DNA of 64,000 bases, from IMG/VR virus record IMGVR_UViG_3300028048_000057, positions 32,001 through 96,000 of that record; one strand, 5' to 3'. Origin of the DNA: a virus. Its lineage: Duplodnaviria; Caudoviricetes. Positions 41,052 through 49,815 of this stretch are shown in pieces (within the stretch, counting starts at the first letter, position 1; every line of letters begins with the position of its first letter). Position numbers and translations under genes: made by a program. The notes beneath the pieces were generated by a model. It searched no databases. It was not told the DNA's origin and saw nothing but the letters and a program-made list of their open reading frames with translations.

Positions 41052-41749
41052 TAAGAACAAGGAATTTAGTTCCAGAAGTTTATTATAATGAATCAAGAGA
41101 CTTTCAAACTATTGGAAGAACTTTTGAAATACTTATTAATTATCTTAAAACAAATGTAGATTTAATTAAAGAATTGCCCTATAGTAAAAACAGTGATGAA
41201 CATATGCTTCCTCTTATGGCTACTACCTTAGGATTCACTAATAAAAGAAATTATAATACTAATGAGTTAAGAATTTTATGTTCTTCATTTAGTGAACTAT
41301 TAAGAAAAAAAGGTTCTAAAGAATCTGTAATAATGGCAGTAACTTTAATGCTACATGCACATCATATTAATGAACCTGCTAAAGTAGTAGAAGACCCTAA
41401 TGATAGATTTAATTATTTAATTTATATTCCATATGAATTAAAAGATACCACAATGTTAGAAGATATTTTTGATTATATTCTTCCTTGTGGATTTACTTAT
41501 AACTTTATCTATGCTTCAGTTGGAATGACATTTGAAGATGCTACTTCAATTGGTGTGGAAGATAAGTATGCTTATAGATTCTATGGAAATAATATTTCAA
41601 ATCCACAAATAAGTAAAATTGCTACCCCAGATTCAGTAGCAAAATCTCCAAGCATGCCAAGTTCAGGAGTTCAAATTCCAGAAGAGGAATTAACACTTAT
41701 TTCAAGTACAACTACATTAAAACCTGATGATGGAGAAAGTGAGGAATAG
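41048..41749 (+). CDS. Baseplate wedge protein (P2 gpI-like)
   Basis: LPLMATTLGF, RKKGSKES, YILPCGF. Confidence 0.75.
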   Translation: MIRTRNLVPEVYYNESRDFQTIGRTFEILINYLKTNVDLIKELPYSKNSDEHMLPLMATTLGFTNKRNYNTNELRILCSSFSELLRKKGSKESVIMAVTLMLHAHHINEPAKVVEDPNDRFNYLIYIPYELKDTTMLEDIFDYILPCGFTYNFIYASVGMTFEDATSIGVEDKYAYRFYGNNISNPQISKIATPDSVAKSPSMPSSGVQIPEEELTLISSTTTLKPDDGESEE

Positions 41750-41752
41750 TAA

Positions 41753-42256
41753 ATGAATACAAAGTCTATGATTTCTTATCAAGGAAATGTTACTTTGAAA
41801 ATATATCATGGAGATAAAGAAGTTAAGACCATTTATAATCATAATGAAGGGTCTTTAAGTTTAATGTCTTTCCTTGTACATTGTTTAGGGGGAGATTACC
41901 ATTATAGTGAAACTCCTAAATATATAAAGGCTTATTATAATGAAAGTGGAGATGATTTTAGTCCAACACAAGAAAGTCAAGTTACACTAAGACCTATAGT
42001 AACAAACTTTCCTCCAAAGTATATAGTTGATAATTCAACAACAAAAGCAAAAATTCAGTTAACATTTTTAATCCCTAATGGTGTTTATGATTCTTCAAAA
42101 ACTATAAATAGATTGGCTTTATATAATTTAGACCACAGGGATGGTTATAGTGACTACCTAGCATGGATAAAAACAGAACCTATAACACTAACAAGTGGAG
42201 AATCATTAATGATTATTTGGGAAATGACATTAGCAAATATACAAGTAAGTGAGTAA
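41753..42256 (+). CDS. Baseplate/tail fibre attachment protein
   Basis: Synteny; C-terminal GESLMIIWEM. Confidence 0.5.
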   Translation: MNTKSMISYQGNVTLKIYHGDKEVKTIYNHNEGSLSLMSFLVHCLGGDYHYSETPKYIKAYYNESGDDFSPTQESQVTLRPIVTNFPPKYIVDNSTTKAKIQLTFLIPNGVYDSSKTINRLALYNLDHRDGYSDYLAWIKTEPITLTSGESLMIIWEMTLANIQVSE

Positions 42257-42273
42257 AGTGAGGAAATAATATT

Positions 42274-43623
42274 ATGAATAAATATCTTGAGAGTAGTCAA
42301 GTAAAAGTCTATCCTTCAGCATTTAGAAGTTCAGAAATAGATTTAGAAGCAAGTAGATTTACAGAAGGAAGTATAACTAAGTTAGTTAAAGCACCTTTAT
42401 TCAAAGAATCTTTTGTTAAAATTGAAAATAATGGTTCTATGACACTAGTTCTTGGAGGATATATTTTTACTATTATTGACCCAATTATTAATATTAAAAG
42501 TTTATTTAGTAATCAACCAGAAAGTATATATGCTTTCATTGTTTCAAAAGTAATAACCTCAACCAATGATAACATACCATTAACAATGTTGGTAAACATT
42601 GAGAATGAATCTTCAACTCTAGATGATACCTCAATGTTTAAGGCTCTTGCCTTTTCTGACACTAAGCCAAGTGAAGAAAATTATCCATTGCAAATTAAAG
42701 TTTTAGAATGGAGTGAAACATTAAATGATTATAAAGTTTCTTCTGAATCTAAATTAATTCTTGATAGCATTCAAATTAAAGATAATTTATCTGGTGATAA
42801 ATCAATTAGAGAATTATTTAAAACTGATGAATTATATGTTTTAGGGCAAAAAACACCTTCAGGAAAAACATATGGATTAAAGATTGATTCAAATGGATTA
42901 ATCCAAAAAAATAATTTAGAATATAGTGACCCAAAACTTACTGATGATGATGAAAATTATTCATATCTTACAGGAATTACAGTAACTAATGATGGTAAGG
43001 TAAGTACTACAAGATATACTCTTCCAGATGCAGGTGCTAATACTAAAGGATTAGTTAATACAGATAATCAAGAGTTTAGTGGGATTAAAACCTTTAATAA
43101 TGGTATTAAGACTAGTAGCATCTCTTCATCTGGTAGTGTAAATATTACTACTGGTTCTGGAGAGGCCCTTCAATACAATGGTTGGGAAGTTGCTACTAGA
43201 AAATATATGCAAGATTCAGGTATTTCTGCTACAGCAAAAAAAGCGGATGCTTTAAACTCTTTTAATAGTTATTGGATAGATTCTTCATCTCATTATATAG
43301 AGGTATATAGAGAATATAATTCTATTGATTTATCAATAGCACGTAAATTATATAATCATTATGTATATTTAGTTTTAGAACAAATAGATACTGTAGATGG
43401 TTACCATAGATTTTATAGTTTTGGAATTCATTATATACCGGCTCTATATAATGGAGGTAAAGTACGTGTGTATTTATCTGAAGTTAATTCTTATTTAACT
43501 GGTAATAATTTTATTGAGTTAGAATGTACCGAATCAGCAATTACAAGTATGAAATTTTATGCAGATAATCAATTCCTTAGTGGTTCCACTCCTGGAAAAC
43601 TACATTACCTCATAATAAAATAG
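42274..43623 (+). CDS. Tail fibre/receptor-binding protein
   Basis: TKGLV...QEFSGIKTF fibre motif; last gene of the tail module. Confidence 0.65.
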   Translation: MNKYLESSQVKVYPSAFRSSEIDLEASRFTEGSITKLVKAPLFKESFVKIENNGSMTLVLGGYIFTIIDPIINIKSLFSNQPESIYAFIVSKVITSTNDNIPLTMLVNIENESSTLDDTSMFKALAFSDTKPSEENYPLQIKVLEWSETLNDYKVSSESKLILDSIQIKDNLSGDKSIRELFKTDELYVLGQKTPSGKTYGLKIDSNGLIQKNNLEYSDPKLTDDDENYSYLTGITVTNDGKVSTTRYTLPDAGANTKGLVNTDNQEFSGIKTFNNGIKTSSISSSGSVNITTGSGEALQYNGWEVATRKYMQDSGISATAKKADALNSFNSYWIDSSSHYIEVYREYNSIDLSIARKLYNHYVYLVLEQIDTVDGYHRFYSFGIHYIPALYNGGKVRVYLSEVNSYLTGNNFIELECTESAITSMKFYADNQFLSGSTPGKLHYLIIK

Positions 43624-43675
43624 ATATTTATTAGATTAAAATTAAATTGTATATTTATACAAAGGAATAAAATAT

Positions 43676-43792
43676 ATGAATCTTATTAAATGCCTAAATT
43701 GTGGAGCAAAGTATTTATCAGAAGAAATATTTTACCCTAATTTAGTCTTTAATAAAAATATAGAATTAGTTAGAGATGAGAATGATGTATAA
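43676..43792 (+). pseudogene. Truncated paralog (38 aa) of the downstream Zn-ribbon gene
   Basis: IKCLNCGAKYLSEEIF versus IVCPHCGAKYMPSEIF; ends inside a promoter motif. Confidence 0.55.
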
Positions 43793-43835
43793 TATATTGT
43801 ACTAATATATTAATAAAAGTGAAAGGAAAAAATTA

Positions 43836-44147
43836 ATGGAAGATAAGATAAACAAGGAACCTTTTATTGTCTGTCCTCATTGTGGAGCAAAATATATGCC
43901 TAGTGAAATCTTTATTGAAGAAGGTATATTAGGAGATGCTCATGAGATAGTAAAAACAAGCAAAGGTAACATAGAACATTATTTAGGTAAACCTTATGAT
44001 TTGCATGAAACCTATGTATGTGATTATTGTAACAAAGAATTTAAGATAGAAGGTACTATGGAATTCACTACTTCAAAAGTTGAAGATTTTGATGAAGATT
44101 ATGAAAAACCATTATTTAATAATAGAATTCAATTAGAAGAAAATTAA
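43836..44147 (+). CDS. Zn-ribbon protein
   Basis: CPHC...CDYC. Confidence 0.75.
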   Translation: MEDKINKEPFIVCPHCGAKYMPSEIFIEEGILGDAHEIVKTSKGNIEHYLGKPYDLHETYVCDYCNKEFKIEGTMEFTTSKVEDFDEDYEKPLFNNRIQLEEN

Positions 44148-44159
44148 ATATTTAATATT

Positions 44160-45917
44160 ATGATTTATATAACAGAAGATAGACCAGAGAAGTTAGTGGG
44201 TATATCTTCTTTGTTTATATATGTGGATAAACCTAATATAGAAATTACAAATTTCATCAAATCTTTAGGTACTTATCAAATAAATGAAACAACAAAGGAG
44301 ATAGAAGTTCCTACAAATCAATTAGCCAAATTATTAGATTTTTTGGTTTATTTTGATGATGTTGTTTTTGATGCACTTGATTATAATGAGAATAGTAACT
44401 TCAAAAAAATGGAGGTGGAGCATAAAACTCCACCATTACCTCATCAAGTAGAGGGAATTGAATATGGACTTAATCACCCTAATTTTTTATTGTTAGATGC
44501 ACCAGGATTAGGTAAAACCATGCAAGCCACTTATTTAGCAGAAGAACTTAAGAAACAAGAAGGACTTGAACATTGTCTTGTAATATGTTGTGTTGCCTCT
44601 TTAAGAACAAATTGGAGTAGAGAAATAGATAAACATTCACTTGAAGATTGTTTGTTGCTGGGTGCTAGGTTTACGAGAACAGGAAACCTTGTTTGGGATG
44701 GTATTCCTAAAAGAGTTGAACAATTAAGTCAACCAATTAAAGAGTTTTTTATAGTTACAAATATTGAATCTTTAAGGAATGCTAAAATTATTGAAGCCAT
44801 AAAGAAAGGTCCAAATAAGATTGGGATGATTGTGGTTGATGAAATCCATAAAGCAAGTGGATACAACTCACAACAAGGACTTAATTTATTAGAATTAGAT
44901 GCTCCTCATAAAGTGGCCATGACAGGAACTCTAATAACTAAAAATCCATTAAGTGCTTATCTACCATTAGTTTGGATTGGAAAGGAGAGAAAAAGAAGCG
45001 TTACTAAGTTTAAAAACACATATTGTGAACTAGACCCAAATACTCTTGGAAGAATACTCTCCTTTAAAAACTTAGATATTTTAAAGAATCAATTAGCAAC
45101 TTGTTCTCTAAGGAGAACAATAGATGTTCTTGACTTTGATGAAGATAAGAAACTTCCACCAATAAAATTCATTGATGAATATTTAGACATGGACATTAAA
45201 CAAAAAGAGTTCTATGATGAATTTGAAAAATTAGCAAATGGTGAAGAAGAAGGAAAAGCCAAAAGTGATTTGAAAAAGAACTTGAAGAAAGAATGTGATT
45301 TAGTAAAATTACACATGGGAGACCAAAGAGCACTCATGATAAGACTTATTCAAGCCTCCACATGTCCTAGCATGTTAACCACATTGGATATTCCATCTTG
45401 TAAAATAGATAGAGCATTAGATTTAATAGAAGAAATTGTAGATAATGAAAATAAAGTAGTTGTCTTCTCTTCTTTTAAAAACCCTCTTTATAATTTACAA
45501 CAAAGATTAAAGAAAGAAAAAGGATTTGAATGTATAGTGGCTACAGGGGACCAAAGTGACCAAGAAATTATTAACTCTATAAATGAGTTTCAAAGTGCAA
45601 ATTCAAAGTGCAAAATTTTCTTAGCCACTACTCAAAAGATGGGTACAGGATTCACATTAACAGAAGCATCTTATGTAATCTTCTTAGACTTACCTTGGAA
45701 TGAAGTAGATTATTCTCAAGCATGGGGTAGAGTACATAGAATTGGTTGTAAGCATCCAGTATTTGTGTATAATCTTATGTGTGAAGATACTATTGATATG
45801 GCTATCTCTAGAGTTGTTTATAGAAAAGGAGCCTTAAGTAAATACATTGTAGATAATGTTGAAGACAGTGTAGTCACTAAAGCCTTGGGAAGAATGGTTA
45901 GTGATATAAAGCCTTAA
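44160..45917 (+). CDS. SNF2-family helicase
   Basis: DAPGLGKT, DEIH, MTGT, QAWGRVHRIG. Confidence 0.95.
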   Translation: MIYITEDRPEKLVGISSLFIYVDKPNIEITNFIKSLGTYQINETTKEIEVPTNQLAKLLDFLVYFDDVVFDALDYNENSNFKKMEVEHKTPPLPHQVEGIEYGLNHPNFLLLDAPGLGKTMQATYLAEELKKQEGLEHCLVICCVASLRTNWSREIDKHSLEDCLLLGARFTRTGNLVWDGIPKRVEQLSQPIKEFFIVTNIESLRNAKIIEAIKKGPNKIGMIVVDEIHKASGYNSQQGLNLLELDAPHKVAMTGTLITKNPLSAYLPLVWIGKERKRSVTKFKNTYCELDPNTLGRILSFKNLDILKNQLATCSLRRTIDVLDFDEDKKLPPIKFIDEYLDMDIKQKEFYDEFEKLANGEEEGKAKSDLKKNLKKECDLVKLHMGDQRALMIRLIQASTCPSMLTTLDIPSCKIDRALDLIEEIVDNENKVVVFSSFKNPLYNLQQRLKKEKGFECIVATGDQSDQEIINSINEFQSANSKCKIFLATTQKMGTGFTLTEASYVIFLDLPWNEVDYSQAWGRVHRIGCKHPVFVYNLMCEDTIDMAISRVVYRKGALSKYIVDNVEDSVVTKALGRMVSDIKP

Positions 45918-45923
45918 ATTTAG

Positions 45924-46042
45924 AATTTTTGAAAAAGGATGCTAACACTAAATTATTATAATAATTTAGAGCAAATTTATGTATTAATTATTTGTCTAAA
46001 CAACTTTAAAATTTTTGAAAAAGGACCGGCATACTAAATTAT
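45924..46042 (+). repeat. Two 33-bp direct repeats with a hairpin between them, upstream of the nrd operon
   Basis: AATTTTTGAAAAAGGA-N7-ACTAAATTAT at 45924 and 46010. Confidence 0.8.
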
Positions 46043-46146
46043 GGATGATGAGAAAAAATTATTAGCAAGTTTAAGTGAAGAAGAAGTAATAGACTACATA
46101 GAAAGTCTAGAAGTGGAAATAGAACAAGAAAGGGAAAAACAAGATT

Positions 46147-46365
46147 ATGAATAAACCTATACTTTATCATCAAAATGGGTGCGGAATGTGTAAAGCCCTT
46201 GAAATGATGTTAACAAAAAAGGGAATTGAATTTGAATCAATTCTTATTACATTAGATAATATAGAAGAATATAGAGAAAAAGGAATTACAGGAACACCAG
46301 CATTAGAAGTTAATAATAAAATCTTAATTAAAAAAGAAGCAAGTGATTGGGTAAAAGGATTGTAA
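46147..46365 (+). CDS. Glutaredoxin/NrdH-like redoxin
   Basis: CGMC active site, GTPAL cis-Pro motif. Confidence 0.85.
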   Translation: MNKPILYHQNGCGMCKALEMMLTKKGIEFESILITLDNIEEYREKGITGTPALEVNNKILIKKEASDWVKGL

Positions 46366-46369
46366 TATT

Positions 46370-48283
46370 ATGGATGCTAAAACACTTGAAAAGAAATTAA
46401 ACTTTATTGATAAATATGCTAAAGCAAGTAATGCAGCAAGTGGAAGTGAATTTGATAGTAATGCTAATGTTGCTAGTATTAACCTTGCTACTCAAGAATG
46501 CGAATTAAGTAAAAAGGATTTTATTGATTTAAATAGAGCATTAGTAAAAAGATATTTACTAAAATTATATGGTGAAGAGGCTATTAATTATTTTGAACAA
46601 GATTTAAAAAATCATTTAATTTATGTACATGATGAATCTAGTTTAAAGCCTTATTGTGTTGCTTGTTCTTTATATCCTTTTTTATTAGATGGATTACAAG
46701 GATTAGGTGGTAGTGCAGGTGCACCAAAGCATGCAAATAGTTATATAGGTAGTTTGATTAATTTAGTATTTTTACTTGCTTCTCAATTTGCAGGAGCAGT
46801 TGCTATTCCAGAATTTTTAACTTATTTTGACCACTTCTTAAGATTAGATTATGGACAAGATTATGTTAAACATTTAGATGATATTGTAGAATCTATAGGA
46901 GAGCATAAATTTACTTTAAGACATAAGATTGAAGATTGGTTTCAACAATTTGTCTATAGTGTAAATCAACCTGCAGGGGCTAGAAATTATCAATCACCTT
47001 TTATTAATATTTCATATTTTGATAAAGGTTATTTTGAAAGTATATTCAAAGATTTCTTCTTTCCAGACTTTGATGAACCATGTTGGGAAACTACAAAAGA
47101 ACTTCAAAAGATGTTTATGAAATGGTTTAATAAAGAAAGAGAAAGAACAACAATTACTTTCCCAGTAGAATCTTTTAATCTTTTAGTAGATAAAGATACA
47201 CATAAGTATGTAGATGAAGAAAGTGCTGATTTTTGTGCAGAAATGCATTCAGAAGGACATTCATTCTTTATCTATCAAAGTGATAGTGCAGATTCATTAT
47301 CTTCTTGTTGTAGACTCAGAAATGGCATTGAAGAAAATGTATTTAGTACATCCATGGGTGCTGGTGGTATTATGACTGGTTCTAAAAAAGTCATTACATT
47401 AAATTTAAATAGAATTGTTCAAGATTGGTTTAATAAAGAAGTTAATGTTAAATATAAGAGAAATAGACAAACTCTTCCTGAGTATATTACTACAATAGTA
47501 AAAAGAGTTCATATGTATTTAAATGCTTGGAATGAGAAATTACATGAAGATTTCAATAATGATATGTTACCAGCATATAAAGCAGGATTCATTGATTTAG
47601 ATAAACAATTCTTAACAGTTGGAGTTAATGGATTTGTAGAGGCAGCAGAGTTCTTAAAAATTATGGGTGAATATGTCCCAGAATGTTACAAAGATATTGA
47701 AGTTAAACCAGAGAACAAAGCATATAGACAATTGGCAAAAGATATTTTAGGAACTATTGAAGATTTAAATAGAAAGAGTAGAGATGCTCATCATAAGTAT
47801 AACCTTGAATTTGTTCCAGGTGAAAATGCAAGTGCTAAGTTATATCAATGGGATAAGAGAGATGGTTATGTAGTCCCTAAAGGAAGAAATTTATATAATT
47901 CTTATTTCTATGTGGTTGAAGACACCACTATAGACCCAGTTAAAAAATTCTATTATCAAGGAGAAGGATTTGCTAGTGTATGTAGTGGAGGAGTGGCTTA
48001 TCACTGCAATTTAGATTCATTTTTATCTAAAAAAGTTTATAGAATGTTGATGGATGTTGCTGTTAAGGCAGGATGTAATTATTGGACCTATAATATTCCA
48101 GCAACAATATGTAATGATTGTGGATATAGAGATAAAAGATATTTGCATGTTTGTCCAAAATGTGGCTCTACAAATTTAGACTATGAAACAAGAATTATTG
48201 GATATTTGAGAAGAGTAAGCAATTTTAGTGAAGCAAGACAAGAAGAGGCTAAAAGAAGAGCCTATGGAAAGGTAGAAGAATAA
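46370..48283 (+). CDS. nrdD: Anaerobic (class III) ribonucleotide reductase, no ATP cone
   Basis: IYVHD, SSCCRL, VPGEN, CxxC...CxxC, RIIGYL glycyl-radical motif. Confidence 0.95.
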   Translation: MDAKTLEKKLNFIDKYAKASNAASGSEFDSNANVASINLATQECELSKKDFIDLNRALVKRYLLKLYGEEAINYFEQDLKNHLIYVHDESSLKPYCVACSLYPFLLDGLQGLGGSAGAPKHANSYIGSLINLVFLLASQFAGAVAIPEFLTYFDHFLRLDYGQDYVKHLDDIVESIGEHKFTLRHKIEDWFQQFVYSVNQPAGARNYQSPFINISYFDKGYFESIFKDFFFPDFDEPCWETTKELQKMFMKWFNKERERTTITFPVESFNLLVDKDTHKYVDEESADFCAEMHSEGHSFFIYQSDSADSLSSCCRLRNGIEENVFSTSMGAGGIMTGSKKVITLNLNRIVQDWFNKEVNVKYKRNRQTLPEYITTIVKRVHMYLNAWNEKLHEDFNNDMLPAYKAGFIDLDKQFLTVGVNGFVEAAEFLKIMGEYVPECYKDIEVKPENKAYRQLAKDILGTIEDLNRKSRDAHHKYNLEFVPGENASAKLYQWDKRDGYVVPKGRNLYNSYFYVVEDTTIDPVKKFYYQGEGFASVCSGGVAYHCNLDSFLSKKVYRMLMDVAVKAGCNYWTYNIPATICNDCGYRDKRYLHVCPKCGSTNLDYETRIIGYLRRVSNFSEARQEEAKRRAYGKVEE

Positions 48284-48822
48284 TGTTAAAGGTATATGAT
48301 AGTGCTATAGTATTTGCAGAATTCCCTGATGAAATCACATTAGCAGTAAATATAAGTAATTGTCCAGGGATGTGTGATGGATGTTCAGAGCCTTGGCTTT
48401 TAGAAGATGTAGGTGAAGAACTTACTGAATCCAAGATTGATGAATTAATTAAAGACCATCCAGGAATAACTGTATTCGGATTAATGGGTGGAGATAGTGA
48501 CCATGATGATGTGGTTAGAATTGCTAATTATGTTCATGAAAAACACCATCTCAAAGTAGGAATGTATAGTGGAAGAGAATTCCTTAATATGAAACTTCTT
48601 GAGTGTTTAGATTTATATAAAATTGGTAGATGGATTATGCCAAAAGGACCAGTAGAAGAATGGCATCAAACAAACAACGGTGTTCTTCAATTTCCGTGGT
48701 CAAATCAACTTCTTTTTGAAAAAATTGGAAATATGTGGTTTAATACAACATATAAGTTTAGAAAAGAAAAAGTTGGAAATCCTAAGAGATATATAATTAC
48801 AGAAGAAGATAATAAAGAATAG
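48283..48822 (+). CDS. nrdG: Class III RNR activating radical-SAM protein
   Basis: CPGMCDGC, MGGD, SNQ; follows nrdD. Confidence 0.9.
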   Translation: MLKVYDSAIVFAEFPDEITLAVNISNCPGMCDGCSEPWLLEDVGEELTESKIDELIKDHPGITVFGLMGGDSDHDDVVRIANYVHEKHHLKVGMYSGREFLNMKLLECLDLYKIGRWIMPKGPVEEWHQTNNGVLQFPWSNQLLFEKIGNMWFNTTYKFRKEKVGNPKRYIITEEDNKE

Positions 48823-48855
48823 GTTCTCACATAGATTGAGAATCTTTTTTTTTTT
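48822..48855 (+). terminator. Intrinsic terminator
   Basis: GGTTCTCA-CATAGAT-TGAGAATC-T11. Confidence 0.85.
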
Positions 48856-48880
48856 ATATTTTAAGTGTATAATAAGATGT

Positions 48881-49714
48881 ATGAAAATAATTTATAGAGT
48901 GTATGAAAAGGGTGAAGGTGGTACTGGTTTCTATGGAAACTATGATAACATCTTAAATCAAGAAGTTTGTTTTTGTAATAGCAGAGACCATTTCAAAGAA
49001 ATAATGAGAAGCATGTATGGAGAAGATATTGCTTTTAAAAATTCTAAGAAATTGCCTTTAGGGACTCCTTATATAGTTATTATTAGTGAAAATTGTCATG
49101 ATGCAGAAGAATATGTATCTGTGATGGATTATACTTGCTCTTGTTGTGGAAAACAATTTAAGTCAATTCCAAAGTCATTGAAGAAGATACATTCCACATG
49201 GGAATTTGATAGACTAAATCACAATCTATTTTTATCTAGACAAAATGAAATAGAAAATATGGTTTTTTGTTCAAGTTCTTGTCAAGAAAAAAAAGTTGGT
49301 GAAATAAAACAAGAATTTGAAAGATACAATGAAAAGAATGATATTGTTCCTGAATTTTATGTAGATAGAAATACTTTCTCTAGTTATAATCAATATGGGT
49401 ACATTTATAAAATAACTAAAAGAAGTACAGGTGAATTCTATATAGGACAAACAAAATATAATCCTATATTTAGATGGGGACAACATTTAACTACAGATAG
49501 ATTTCATGTTAAAAATATAATGGATTATATCTTTGAAGTTATTGATGTAGTTACTTGGGAAAATAGAGAGCAGTTGTTGGCTAAAGAGGCATATTGGATA
49601 AACCATGAAAGAGATAAGTGTCCAGAAAAATGTCTTAATAACCAAATTCCAAAAGAAGAAGATTGGAAAGAAAAATTAGAAAATGTATTGCATCAAGAAA
49701 AAATTGATGTATAA
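48881..49714 (+). CDS. GIY-YIG nuclease domain protein (start moved to ATG 48881)
   Basis: GYIYKIT...FYIGQT...RWGQH...E..WI...LN. Confidence 0.85.
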   Translation: MKIIYRVYEKGEGGTGFYGNYDNILNQEVCFCNSRDHFKEIMRSMYGEDIAFKNSKKLPLGTPYIVIISENCHDAEEYVSVMDYTCSCCGKQFKSIPKSLKKIHSTWEFDRLNHNLFLSRQNEIENMVFCSSSCQEKKVGEIKQEFERYNEKNDIVPEFYVDRNTFSSYNQYGYIYKITKRSTGEFYIGQTKYNPIFRWGQHLTTDRFHVKNIMDYIFEVIDVVTWENREQLLAKEAYWINHERDKCPEKCLNNQIPKEEDWKEKLENVLHQEKIDV

Positions 49715-49715
49715 T
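49688..49715 (+). promoter_or_regulatory. Promoter, RTGTATAAT class
   Basis: TTGCAT-16 bp-TATAAT; same layout at 51821-51848 (TTGCAC-16-TATAAT). Confidence 0.7.
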
Positions 49716-49722
49716 ATATTGT

Positions 49723-49797
49723 AGACAAACTAAGAGCCTATACTTATTTCTTGGGATAGCCTTTTAAGTTATTAGTTCAATAGTTAGGCCTTTGTCT
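49723..49797 (+). ncRNA. Structured leader RNA, bulged-helix motif copy 1
   Basis: AGACAAA/TTTGTCT outer stem; GAGCCTATACTTATTTC...AATAGTTAGGCC. Confidence 0.65.
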
Positions 49798-49815
49798 CAA
49801 TTTTGGAGGTAATTT

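Noticed and set aside
42274-43623. Diversity-generating retroelement or invertible tail fibre cassette
   Set aside because: No reverse transcriptase, recombinase or template repeat was seen in the window.
45924-46042. CRISPR mini-array or NrdR boxes
   Set aside because: There are only two units, the variable part lies inside the repeat, no cas genes are present, and I saw no convincing NrdR palindrome.
46370-49714. Intron or intein in nrdD associated with the GIY-YIG gene
   Set aside because: nrdD and nrdG are continuous, and the nuclease is free-standing after a terminator.
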